From the NCBI GenBank assembly GCA_035473115.1, contig DATION010000005.1, positions 4,399 through 68,398 of the forward strand: a DNA stretch of 64,000 nt, written 5' to 3'. Below, piece after piece: positions 1-9,403 of this stretch (position 1 is its first letter; every line of letters starts with the position of its first letter). The position numbers and the translations under genes were made by a program. Below the pieces are notes generated by a model that did no database searches, had not been told where the DNA came from, and saw nothing but the letters and a program-made list of their open reading frames with translations. The DNA comes from Candidatus Udaeobacter sp. (lineage in GTDB: Bacteria; Patescibacteriota; Patescibacteriia; Magasanikbacterales; GWA2-37-8).

Positions 1-908
1 TTCACAAAAAATATGGCGGCGTAGTGCCAGAAATCGCAGGTCGGATGCATGCTGAAAAAATCGTGCCGCTTATCGATACCGCTTTAGCCGGACAAAAAAA
101 ACCGGATGCTATTGCGGTTACTGCCGGACCGGGATTAATTACCGGATTACTGGTTGGCGTGGAAGCGGCGCGAACCTTGTCTTATGCATTAAAGATTCCT
201 TTGATTAGAACTAATCATATAGAAGGCCATATTTATTCGGTAGAATTACAAGAAAAAAAATCATCAATTCAATTCCCTGCTTTATCACTAGTTGTCAGTG
301 GCGGCCATACCGAATTAATTTTGGCAAAAAAGCCAGGCCAATACAAACTGCTGGGAGCAACCAAAGACGATGCGGCCGGAGAATGTTTTGATAAAGTTGC
401 TAAACTGCTTGGACTTCCCTATCCGGGCGGACCGCAAATTTCTAAATTTGCTGAAACCGGAAATACCAAAACGATAAATTTTCCTCGACCGATGATGAGA
501 GAAGAAAATTACTTATTTAGTTTTGCCGGCTTAAAAACTTCCGCTTTATATTGGTTACGAGATAACAAATTAGACAATAAAATTACTATCAATGATTTTT
601 GCGCCAGTTTTGAACAAGCGATTATTGATGTTTTGGTTGCCAAAACAATTAAGGCTACTCAAGAGTATAAACCGAAAACAATAATTTTGGCCGGCGGTGT
701 CAGCGCCAACAAAAAGCTGCGCCAAACTTTAGAGCAAGTTGTGACTGAAAACTTTCCGGAAACTAATTTTATGCTTCCGCAAATGAAGTACGCAATGGAT
801 AATGGCGCGATGATCGCGGCAGCCGGGTACTACCATGCTTTAAAAAAAGATTTTACTTCTTGGCAAAAAATACAAGCTGACCCGAACTGGGAATTAACTA
901 TCAGATAA
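1..908 (+). CDS. tsaD: tRNA N6-adenosine threonylcarbamoyltransferase TsaD (Kae1/Gcp family), 5' end outside window
   Basis: In-frame upstream extension reads KKYGGVVPEIAGRMHAE (GGVVPEIA motif). The reported ORF starts at a GTG inside the gene. Stop codon TAA at 906-908. Confidence 0.9.
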   Translation, partial: HKKYGGVVPEIAGRMHAEKIVPLIDTALAGQKKPDAIAVTAGPGLITGLLVGVEAARTLSYALKIPLIRTNHIEGHIYSVELQEKKSSIQFPALSLVVSGGHTELILAKKPGQYKLLGATKDDAAGECFDKVAKLLGLPYPGGPQISKFAETGNTKTINFPRPMMREENYLFSFAGLKTSALYWLRDNKLDNKITINDFCASFEQAIIDVLVAKTIKATQEYKPKTIILAGGVSANKKLRQTLEQVVTENFPETNFMLPQMKYAMDNGAMIAAAGYYHALKKDFTSWQKIQADPNWELTIR

Positions 909-911
909 GAT

Positions 912-1005
912 TGTCATTCCGAACTTTGTGTGAGGAATCTATTCCATAAAGTATAGATCCCTCGTCACCCGCTCTTCGCGAAGAGCGGGTTAACTCGGGA
1001 TGACA
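912..1005 (+). repeat. Palindromic repeat family 1, copy 1 (TGTCATTCCGAA ... CTCGGGATGACA termini with internal hairpins)
   Basis: Near-identical to the reverse complement of 4476-4588 and to 37130-37219. Contains an inner GAGGAATCTAT/ATAGATCCCTC stem and an ACCCGCTCTTCG/CGAAGAGCGGGT hairpin. Lies 4 nt after the tsaD stop and overlaps the dnaE stop. Confidence 0.85.
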
Positions 1006-4000
1006 GTAAGCAATTCATCTTTTAACTCCTCGCAATCTTTAACCAAAAACGAGGTTTTAATTATTTTATCTTCAACTTTTAAAACCACCGGCTTATCCCC
1101 GGGATATTTTTTTAAAACACTTTTTATAGCATCAGCTTTATTTTTTAACTGCTCAGCGCTAACTATTATTTCAAAAGATTCATTTGCATCAAAAGAAACT
1201 TTTGATTCATCTGCTTCTTTTTTAGCATTATTTTGCGCGCCTACAGACATCTGCTTTGCCAAAATCGGAGCGTTTTCCGGCGTAAGCAAATAAGCTTTTT
1301 CTACAAACAACTTATCATCGCCTTCTTCTTCGGAAGTGCGGCCAATCACACAAACCGGTTTGCCTTCCACCCAAACATCAGCAGTAGTTTCATAAGTTTT
1401 CGGAAAGATTAACAACTCCAGATTGCTGGTAGTATCTAAAATTTTGGCAAACATCATGGCTTTGCCGCCGCGAGTGATTTTTTTCTTGGTTGAATCAATC
1501 ATACCCCCAACCACCACCCATTGATTTCTGGACTGACTGGACAAATCTTTAAGCGGAGTCAAAACATCCTTCATTATCTTTTGATAAATTGTAAACGGAT
1601 GCGAAGTAACATACAGACCAAGCAGTTCTTTTTCCCATAAGAGCTTTTCATCTTCACTAGCATTGGGCGCTGAGGCTAATTGAATTTTGGCAGACATATC
1701 TATATTGGTGCCGGCAAATAAAGAATTTTGATTGGCAGGACTTTTTTCATGAATCTGTTTAATAAAAGCCAAAATATTTTCTATATTCCCGGCCAAATAA
1801 CCGCGATCATAACCAAAACAATCCAATGCGCCGCATTTTATCAAACTTTCCAAAGATTTTTTATTCAAATCTCTATCCTGTACTCGGGTAAGCAAATCTT
1901 GCAAATTTTTATATTTACCATTGGCTTTGCGTTCACGATAAATAGCTTCGGCAATATGTTCACCCAGGTTTTTAATGCCATTTAAACCAAAACGGATATG
2001 CGGTTGCGATCCATCTTCGGGAGAAATCATCGCAAAATTCTTAAAGCTTTCGTTGATGTCCGGCGGCAAAACTTTTACTCCCATTCTTTCCGCTTCATAG
2101 ATAACTTCCGGTACTTTATCAATATCACCGCTTTCGGCAATCAAAATAGCGGTCATATATTGCACTGGAAAATTGGCTTTTAGATAAGCGGTCTGATAAG
2201 CCACCACCGCATAACTGGCCGCATGAGCTTTGTTAAAACCATAAGCGGCAAATGGTTCGATGCGCTGCCAAAGATTATTAATCTTCTCCGGCGGCAACTT
2301 GCCAATTTCTTTGGCGCCTTTATAAAACTTTTCTTTCTGCTTAGCCATTTCTTCGGGAATCTTCTTACCCATCGCTTTGCGGAATTTATCGGCTTCTTCC
2401 CAGTTATAACCGGCCAAATTTATCGCTGTAAGCAACACATCGTCTTGATAAACAATTAATCCCAAAGACTGATCCAGATAATCTTTCATTCTCGGATCTT
2501 CGTATTCTATCAACTGCGGATTATTTTTTCTTTGAATATAATCGGGGATAGAATCCATTGGGCCGGGGCGAAACAAAGCCACCATCGCCATGATATCAAA
2601 AATTGAAGTGGGTTTAAGTTCTTTTAAATATCTGGTCATGCCGGAACTGGCCAGCTGAAACACACCAACAGTTTCACCGCGCGCCAACATTTCATAAGTT
2701 TTTTTATCATCCCATGGATACAAATTGTGCACATCAATTTTTTTACCGGTTGTTTTGGCAATAATTTCTACGGCGTGACCTAAAATTGATAAATTGCGAA
2801 TACCCAAAAAATCCATCTTCAAAACTCCGGCTGCTTCCACCGAATGCATTTCGTATTGAGTAATTATTCTTTCACCGCCCGTTTCCAGCTGCACGGGAGT
2901 AAAATCAGTCAAAGGAGTCGGCGAAATAACTACCCCGGCCGCGTGAATAGAAGTATGCCGAGCACAGCCTTCTACTTTTTGCGCCAAGTCCAGCAAACGT
3001 TTGACATCGGCATTTTTTTCATATAACTTTTTTAATTCCGGTTCCAGGTTCAAAGCTTTAGCAATAGTCATCTGAAAACCTTGGGCGCCAAAAGGAATAA
3101 GTTTGGAGACTTGATCACAAAAAGAGTATGGAAAACCCAAAGCTCGCCCCACATCTCGCACTGCTCCGCGCGCGGCCATCGTACCAAAAGTAATAATTTG
3201 CGCCACTTTATCGGCCCCGTATTTTTTAGTTACATAAGCAATCATTTCGTCACGCTTATCATCGGCAAAATCACCATCCACATCCGGCGGGCTAGGACGA
3301 AACGGATTTAAAAATCTTTCAAAAGGAAGTTTAAAAAACAAAGGGTTAACTGTCACAATACCCATAGCATACGAAACTATAGATCCTGCCGCAGATCCTC
3401 TGGTTGTAACCATAATATTGTTATTGCGAGCATAACCAATATAATCAGCTACGGTTAAAAAATACGGCGAGTAGCCTTTGGTCGCGATAATATCCAATTC
3501 ATAATCGACGCGCTTTCTCACTTCATCCGTTATTTCTAGTAATTTTGGCAATTTTTCATATACTTGTTCGCGCAAATACTCATTAGCTGTTTTCCCTTCC
3601 GGAATTTCTATGGCCGGAAAGTGCCACTTGTTTAATTCTAAAACCAAATTGGCACGCTCAGCTATTTTTACGGTATTAGTAATTGCTTCCGGCGTATGTT
3701 TAAAACGATTAATAATATCTTTTGCCGGAGCCAAAGAACAATCAAAGCCGCTCATACTCATACGATTTTCTTCATCCAGCGTCCGGCCGTCTCTGATACA
3801 AGTCAAAATATCTTGCGCTTCGGCATCTTCCGGTTCTAAGTAATGTGAATCGCGAGTAACAATTAACGGAATGCCGGTGTCTTTAGATAGTTGAGCAAGT
3901 TTTGTATTCAATTCCATCTGTCCTTCCAGACCGGGCAGATCCATCATTTCCAAATAAAAATTTCCTTTACCAAAAATTTCTTCGTATTCTAAAGCAACTT

Positions 4001-4481
4001 TTTTAGCTTTGGCATAATTATCTTCTTTGCGTAAAATCCAAGGAATTTCTCCGCTAAAACAGGCCGAAGAAGCAACTAAGCCTTCATGGTATTGTTTTAA
4101 TAATTCTTTATCAATTCTTGGTTTATAATAAAAACCTTCCAAGTTAGACAGAGAAGAAAGTTTCATTAAATTTTTGTAGCCCGTATAATCTAAAGCTAAT
4201 AAAATAAGATGATAATATTTATCGTCTTTATCTTTATCAAAACGGCTACCCGGAGCCAAGTAGGCTTCCATGCCGATAATTGGTTTTATTCCCTCTTTTT
4301 GGCAGCACTCATAAAATTCAATGGCGCCATACATATTGCCATGATCGGTCAGCGCCAAAGCTTTATAACCTAAACTTTTGGCTTTAGACACCAAATCAGG
4401 AATTTTGGATAATCCGTCTAAAAGAGAATAATGGGAGTGAACGTGAAGATGGACAAAATCAGACATACTATTGGTTGTCAT
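990..4481 (-). CDS. dnaE: DNA polymerase III alpha subunit DnaE
   Basis: PHP-domain N-terminus with FVHLHVHSHYSLLDG and full-length polIII alpha homology. The reported ORF has a 29-aa N-terminal extension running through repeat copy 2. The most likely start is ATG 4479-4481 (MTTNSMSDFVH), alternatively 4466 (MSDFVHLHVHS). Confidence 0.9.
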   Translation of the reverse strand: MTTNSMSDFVHLHVHSHYSLLDGLSKIPDLVSKAKSLGYKALALTDHGNMYGAIEFYECCQKEGIKPIIGMEAYLAPGSRFDKDKDDKYYHLILLALDYTGYKNLMKLSSLSNLEGFYYKPRIDKELLKQYHEGLVASSACFSGEIPWILRKEDNYAKAKKVALEYEEIFGKGNFYLEMMDLPGLEGQMELNTKLAQLSKDTGIPLIVTRDSHYLEPEDAEAQDILTCIRDGRTLDEENRMSMSGFDCSLAPAKDIINRFKHTPEAITNTVKIAERANLVLELNKWHFPAIEIPEGKTANEYLREQVYEKLPKLLEITDEVRKRVDYELDIIATKGYSPYFLTVADYIGYARNNNIMVTTRGSAAGSIVSYAMGIVTVNPLFFKLPFERFLNPFRPSPPDVDGDFADDKRDEMIAYVTKKYGADKVAQIITFGTMAARGAVRDVGRALGFPYSFCDQVSKLIPFGAQGFQMTIAKALNLEPELKKLYEKNADVKRLLDLAQKVEGCARHTSIHAAGVVISPTPLTDFTPVQLETGGERIITQYEMHSVEAAGVLKMDFLGIRNLSILGHAVEIIAKTTGKKIDVHNLYPWDDKKTYEMLARGETVGVFQLASSGMTRYLKELKPTSIFDIMAMVALFRPGPMDSIPDYIQRKNNPQLIEYEDPRMKDYLDQSLGLIVYQDDVLLTAINLAGYNWEEADKFRKAMGKKIPEEMAKQKEKFYKGAKEIGKLPPEKINNLWQRIEPFAAYGFNKAHAASYAVVAYQTAYLKANFPVQYMTAILIAESGDIDKVPEVIYEAERMGVKVLPPDINESFKNFAMISPEDGSQPHIRFGLNGIKNLGEHIAEAIYRERKANGKYKNLQDLLTRVQDRDLNKKSLESLIKCGALDCFGYDRGYLAGNIENILAFIKQIHEKSPANQNSLFAGTNIDMSAKIQLASAPNASEDEKLLWEKELLGLYVTSHPFTIYQKIMKDVLTPLKDLSSQSRNQWVVVGGMIDSTKKKITRGGKAMMFAKILDTTSNLELLIFPKTYETTADVWVEGKPVCVIGRTSEEEGDDKLFVEKAYLLTPENAPILAKQMSVGAQNNAKKEADESKVSFDANESFEIIVSAEQLKNKADAIKSVLKKYPGDKPVVLKVEDKIIKTSFLVKDCEELKDELLTVIPS

Positions 4482-4588
4482 CCCGAGTGAACCCGCTCTT
4501 CGCGAAGGGCGGGTGACGAGGGATCTATACCGAATTATTAAATAATAATGTATAGATTCCTCACCCACTATGGGGATTCGGAATGACA
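4476..4588 (-). repeat. Palindromic repeat family 1, copy 2 (inverted relative to copy 1)
   Basis: Reverse complement matches copy 1, including the ACCCGC(C/T)CTTCGCGAAGAGCGGGT hairpin. It carries an extra AT-rich palindromic loop (ATTATTAAATAATAAT). The terminal ...TGTCAT supplies the dnaE ATG. Confidence 0.85.
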
Positions 4589-4680
4589 GTTTATAAGCTT
4601 ATTAACTCGCCTATCTTACCTTAAACTAAAAACAAAATCAACGAAAATTTGGCTTTCAAAAACCTACTCTATATAATCAA

Positions 4681-4718
4681 AAAACCCTCGAACCAATGCA
4701 AGCAAAGGTCCGAGGGCC
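4681..4718 (-). terminator. Rho-independent terminator downstream of the 4781-5275 gene
   Basis: On the minus strand: CCCTCG stem, 19-nt loop, CGAGGG, followed by a T6 run. Confidence 0.55.
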
Positions 4719-4780
4719 GAATCGCGTGTAGATATGACTCTACACCCGGGTCTGGTTGGACTACTGCTTAGTTAGAGCGG

Positions 4781-5275
4781 TTAGCCCGTTGCTTGAAATT
4801 TGAAGATCTGTTTACAGGCTGGAGACGGTGCGGAGGAAGGAGTTCCATCATTATTGAAGCCGTAAGCTTCTATAGTGAACTCAGCACCTTTTCCAAGTCT
4901 GCCCTGGATATGCCAGAACTCCAAGACCTTGTCGTTAATGCCACCGGGATACAGGATCCAACTTTCGAAGGTGGCGTCTTTGTGAACTAGGACTTTTGGG
5001 AAACTGAATACCCATTGAGGTAAGTCTGTTTTGGGATTGAATATCAGCAAGGCTATGTCGTTGATACGACTATCCACCTTTTCCCGATTTTCCTCGACCC
5101 GCAGCTGTCCACTTTGGACATAAACAGCTCCGTTATCTTCGATGAATCCGTCACAGACAGAGTAAGAGGAAACATCTCCTTTGGCTCCCGAAAGAATGGT
5201 CACTGACGAATCAGACTGACCATTGAGGCAAGCGCCAAAGAACAAACTGAGCAAAACAATCATACGCTGCCACAT
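4781..5275 (-). CDS. Hypothetical secreted protein (signal peptide), compositionally atypical
   Basis: N-terminal hydrophobic signal MWQRMIVLLSLFFGACLNG. Higher GC and G/C-ending codons than the surrounding genes. Strong SD (AAAGGAGGG) 6 nt before the ATG. Confidence 0.6.
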   Translation of the reverse strand: MWQRMIVLLSLFFGACLNGQSDSSVTILSGAKGDVSSYSVCDGFIEDNGAVYVQSGQLRVEENREKVDSRINDIALLIFNPKTDLPQWVFSFPKVLVHKDATFESWILYPGGINDKVLEFWHIQGRLGKGAEFTIEAYGFNNDGTPSSAPSPACKQIFKFQATG

Positions 5276-5402
5276 CGCGACCCTCCTTTAAATTTAACCT
5301 AACCCTTACCCAGACACCATGTCCAGTTAAAGGATTGATTATCCTAAAACAAAAACGATCACCTGTCAATGATCGAATTTGATTAATATAATTAATGATT
5401 TT

Positions 5403-5789
5403 TTATTTCTTCAAATGCTTGGCAGTGGTTCTCATTTTTTTGGCTGTTGCCTCGACTGCTTTATCGACAGCTTCTTTGGCCGCTGTATTCATTTTACCGG
5501 ATTCTTTGTTTATAAAAGCTTTAGCTTTTCTGCTTACCATATCTGTTACCATTCCTGCCATTCCGCCTCCGGCCATGTTTAATAAATTATGAATATTTTC
5601 TACTTTGCCGCGCACATAATTTATCGCTTCAGTCAAAATCTGCAAACGAGAGCGAAATTCTTCAGCGATTTCATTGGCATTTTTTAAAATTCTGGTAACG
5701 TAATAAAACATCCAGCACAAAAATACTGTAATCCACAAAACACAGAAGGCGATTACCAGATATAAGATATCTTTTGATGATTCAAACAT
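5403..5789 (-). CDS. Small membrane protein, DUF948-like (N-terminal TM helix plus coiled-coil)
   Basis: The ORF is trimmed to the ATG at 5789, which is preceded by a GGAGGGG SD. TM segment ILYLVIAFCVLWITVFLCWMFYYV, then a coiled-coil-like region. Confidence 0.55.
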   Translation of the reverse strand: MFESSKDILYLVIAFCVLWITVFLCWMFYYVTRILKNANEIAEEFRSRLQILTEAINYVRGKVENIHNLLNMAGGGMAGMVTDMVSRKAKAFINKESGKMNTAAKEAVDKAVEATAKKMRTTAKHLKK

Positions 5790-5853
5790 ATTCCCCTCCA
5801 AATTAAAAATTAAGCTGTGTATATTATAACACAAATTAATTTTTTCTACAAAG

Positions 5854-8367
5854 CTACCTTACTTCCGCGCCAAATTTTTCTCTCAAGATTTTAATTATTT
5901 CATTATGAACCTTATCAACTTCTTCGGTCACCAGAGTGCGTTCTCGATTTTGATACACGAAATGATAGGCCATGCTCTTGTAATTATCTCCCACACCTTT
6001 GCCTTCATAAACATCAAACAACTCTACCGACTGTAAAAGCGGATTGACTGCCGAAAGAGCGGCCATAATATCGCCATGGTTTATATTTTTCTTAACCGAA
6101 ATCGCCAAGTCTCTTTCTACGATTGGAAATTCCACCAGCGCGGAATATTTTTCCCCGGCTGCCGGCAAATCAACCACCATACTCAGATTTATTTTTACTA
6201 CTGCCACTCGTCCATCTAAACCAAAATTTTCTATTACTTGCGGATGCAGTTCATAAACAGAACCGACTATTTTTTCTCCCACTGCCAAACTAACTGAGCG
6301 AGTCGGATGGCGGCCAATACCGCCCGCATCTGATTTGGAAACTTCTAAACCAGGCAAAACTGTCTTGGCTAAAATATCTACCACTTCTCTGGCCTGCCAA
6401 AAAGGCGCATTATTTTTTTTCTCCAAACAGACGGCTGTTAGCCAAGTATCCTGGCCAGGCAACAAGCTGTCTTTGTTTGACTCAACTCGCAAACCTGGGT
6501 TTTCGCCGCGAAATACTTTGCCGATTTCAAATAGATTTAATCTGTCTCGTCCAGCTTGGTTATTCTCTAAATTTTCCAATAAATTTAATAATAAACAACG
6601 ACGCAAATATGGCTTTTCTTTTGATAACGGATTGTCCAGCTGCAAATATCTATCCGGGTTGTCGGTCATTTTTGCTATCTGCGCTCCGCTGACAAAAGAA
6701 TAATTATATACTTCGGTATAAGCCAAAGAATTAACCAAAATATTTTTGCATTGTCTTTCCAACTGTCTCAATTTATTTTCTTCAGGCGGATCAATAAAAA
6801 ACTCCGGCAGCTGCGGCGCAATTTTTTCATAGCCATAGATACGAACTACTTCTTCCACCAAATCTTCAGGAATAGAAATATCTTTGGTAGCTCGCCAGGT
6901 AGGAATCTTTACTTTAAATTCATCGCCGCTGGTTTTTATTTCAAAACCTAAATGTTCCAAAATTTTTATAATTTCTTTTTTAGCCAGCTTAACACCGATT
7001 TTTTTATGGAAGAAATCTAGACTAATAGCCAGCGGGCCTTGCTGTAAATTAAATTTAGCTTCATCAACAACTTTACTGACTACTTTGGCTTGCGGACAGC
7101 ATTCCACAATTAATTCCACAGCTCGCTCCAGAGCCAAAGCTGCCAAATTTGGATCTAAACTTTTTTCAAAGCGCGCTGAAGAATCGGTGCGCAAACCAAG
7201 CTTGGCCGAAGTTTTTCGGATAGAAGCGGCTTCAAAATTGGCTGATTCAAAAATAATTGTTTTAGTTCCATCGGTAATTCCGGAATCTAATCCGCCTTTT
7301 ATTCCGGCAATAGCTAAATTTTTATCTTTATCGCCAATCATTAACATTGAACTATCCAAATTTCTCTTTAGACCATCTAAGGTAACAAACTCTTCTCCAT
7401 CTTTTGCCTTGCGGACAACTATAGTAGAATTTGTAATTTTAGACGCATCAAAAGCATGCATCGGCTGACCCATATCAAGCATTATATAATTGGTAATATC
7501 CACAATATTATTTATCGATCTCTGCCCCACAGCTAGTAAAGCTTTCTGCAGCCACTGCGGAGATGGCTCTACACTTACCCCGGAAACTGCCACCGCCATA
7601 TAGCGCGGACATAATTTAGTGTCTTCAACTTCTACTTTTAAATTTATTTCTTTACTAGGCTTGATTTTGCCAGTTTTAAATTCTTTTAATTTTTTATTAA
7701 AAAGCACCGCCACCTCGCGGGCAATCCCATAATGTCCCCACAGATCCGGGCGATTACTTAAAGATTTATTATCTATTTCCAAAATTGAATCATCCAATCC
7801 CAAAGCTTCAGCCAGCGGACGGCCAACAAATTTATCTTTGTGGGAAGCCAGGTGCGGCGCGACAAAACCTTTGTTAGTACTGCCTAGTCCATGCGGCTGC
7901 TTGGCTTTGCCCACAATAAAAGATAGGTCTAAAATTTCTTTTTCATCCCGCAAAGGGAACATGCCTCCCAAACCGATTTCGGTAGAGGCGCAGATCATGC
8001 CCGCAGATTCTATTCCCCGAATAGCGGTCGGTTTTAATTCTATCAACTCGCCTTCGCCATGCCATTTTACTTTGGCGCCCACTTTGGCCAGAGCCACCAG
8101 CATTCCATCTTTTACATTGCTGCCGCCGCAAATAATCTGTAATTGCTCGTTACCAACATCGGCTTTGCATAATTTTAATTTATCGGCGTTGGGATGTTTT
8201 TCGCAGGTTATAATTTTACCCACGACAATATTTTCCAGGTTTTTGCCTTGAACTTCTATGCCTTCAACTTCTACGGTACTAGCCTTTAATTTTTCAGCCA
8301 CTTCCGCAGCCGAAATTGAATCAGGTAGATTAACGTATTTTTTTAGCCAATTGTAAGAAATTAACAT
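5854..8367 (-). CDS. pheT: Phenylalanine--tRNA ligase beta subunit
   Basis: 837 aa with full-length PheT architecture (tRNA-binding, B3/B4, B5, catalytic-like and FDX-ACB domains). Lies directly downstream of pheS. Confidence 0.93.
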   Translation of the reverse strand: MLISYNWLKKYVNLPDSISAAEVAEKLKASTVEVEGIEVQGKNLENIVVGKIITCEKHPNADKLKLCKADVGNEQLQIICGGSNVKDGMLVALAKVGAKVKWHGEGELIELKPTAIRGIESAGMICASTEIGLGGMFPLRDEKEILDLSFIVGKAKQPHGLGSTNKGFVAPHLASHKDKFVGRPLAEALGLDDSILEIDNKSLSNRPDLWGHYGIAREVAVLFNKKLKEFKTGKIKPSKEINLKVEVEDTKLCPRYMAVAVSGVSVEPSPQWLQKALLAVGQRSINNIVDITNYIMLDMGQPMHAFDASKITNSTIVVRKAKDGEEFVTLDGLKRNLDSSMLMIGDKDKNLAIAGIKGGLDSGITDGTKTIIFESANFEAASIRKTSAKLGLRTDSSARFEKSLDPNLAALALERAVELIVECCPQAKVVSKVVDEAKFNLQQGPLAISLDFFHKKIGVKLAKKEIIKILEHLGFEIKTSGDEFKVKIPTWRATKDISIPEDLVEEVVRIYGYEKIAPQLPEFFIDPPEENKLRQLERQCKNILVNSLAYTEVYNYSFVSGAQIAKMTDNPDRYLQLDNPLSKEKPYLRRCLLLNLLENLENNQAGRDRLNLFEIGKVFRGENPGLRVESNKDSLLPGQDTWLTAVCLEKKNNAPFWQAREVVDILAKTVLPGLEVSKSDAGGIGRHPTRSVSLAVGEKIVGSVYELHPQVIENFGLDGRVAVVKINLSMVVDLPAAGEKYSALVEFPIVERDLAISVKKNINHGDIMAALSAVNPLLQSVELFDVYEGKGVGDNYKSMAYHFVYQNRERTLVTEEVDKVHNEIIKILREKFGAEVR

Positions 8368-8370
8368 ATT

Positions 8371-9402
8371 TTAAAATTGTTCCAAAAATTTCATGTTGCC
8401 GCTTTCCAAGAGCCGCACATCTTCTATGCCATACTTAAGCATCACCATACGAGTCAAACCAAAACCAAAAGCAAAACCTTGATACTCATTTGGATCAATG
8501 CCGCCGGCGCGCAACACATTAGGATGAATCATGCCGCCTGGCATTGCTTCTAGCCAACCGGAATTTTTGCATACCCGACAGCCTTTGCCAGCGCAGATAA
8601 AACAGGTTACTTCTCCGCGCACGCCCGGCTCCACGAACGGATAATATTTTGGCATGAGACGAATTTTGGTATCTTTGCCAAACAGATGATCGGCCACTGC
8701 CTGAAACACGCCTTTCATGTGACTAAAATTTATTTTTTTATCAATCACTACGCCGTCAAGCTGATAAAAAGTATGTTCATGCCGCGGATCAGTTGATTCG
8801 TTGCGATAACATTTGCCCGGCACAATGGCCCGCAGCGGCGCGCCATATTTTTGCATGGCTCGCACCTGAACTGAAGTGGTATGAGTACGCATTACCCAAT
8901 CAGCATTGCCTTTGATATAAAAAGTATCCTGCATATCTCGAGCCGGATGAGTTTCGGGAATATTTAAAGCGGTAAAATTATAAAAATCACTTTCTAGTTC
9001 CGGACCGTCAAGCACCATAAAACCCATGGAGGTAAAAAAATCTTCCAAGTCATCCTGAATTAAAGTATTGGGATGAAAATGGCCAATCGCTTTTTTTGGC
9101 AAAGCTGGCTGAGTAATATCGACTCTTTCTTTTTCTAACATTTCATTAAGTCCGGCGGCCGAGAGTTCTTTTTTCTTAGCGGCTAAAGCGTCCTCAATTT
9201 CTTTTTTCACTTCGTTGGCCAAACGGCCAGTTTCTTTTCTGGCATCGTCGCTTAAATCTTTTAAACCTTTTAACAGATTGGTCAGCTCACCGCCACTACG
9301 CCCCAGAAGCTTAATTTCTAATTCTTCCAGCTGCATTTTATCTTTTATGGATTGCAAAGCCAACAGCGCTTCGGTTTTTAGTTGTGCGAATTTTGATTGC
9401 AT
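8371..9402 (-). CDS. pheS: Phenylalanine--tRNA ligase alpha subunit
   Basis: Class II aaRS motifs. Sits 3 nt upstream of pheT on the same strand. Confidence 0.93.
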   Translation of the reverse strand: MQSKFAQLKTEALLALQSIKDKMQLEELEIKLLGRSGGELTNLLKGLKDLSDDARKETGRLANEVKKEIEDALAAKKKELSAAGLNEMLEKERVDITQPALPKKAIGHFHPNTLIQDDLEDFFTSMGFMVLDGPELESDFYNFTALNIPETHPARDMQDTFYIKGNADWVMRTHTTSVQVRAMQKYGAPLRAIVPGKCYRNESTDPRHEHTFYQLDGVVIDKKINFSHMKGVFQAVADHLFGKDTKIRLMPKYYPFVEPGVRGEVTCFICAGKGCRVCKNSGWLEAMPGGMIHPNVLRAGGIDPNEYQGFAFGFGLTRMVMLKYGIEDVRLLESGNMKFLEQF

Positions 9403-9403
9403 A

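Noticed and set aside
1000-1293. 97-aa plus-strand ORF starting at the repeat terminus, and the 29-aa N-terminal extension of the dnaE ORF
   Set aside because: Both are artefacts of the ATG inside the GGGATGACA terminus of repeat family 1. The first is antisense to dnaE, and the second reads through repeat copy 2.
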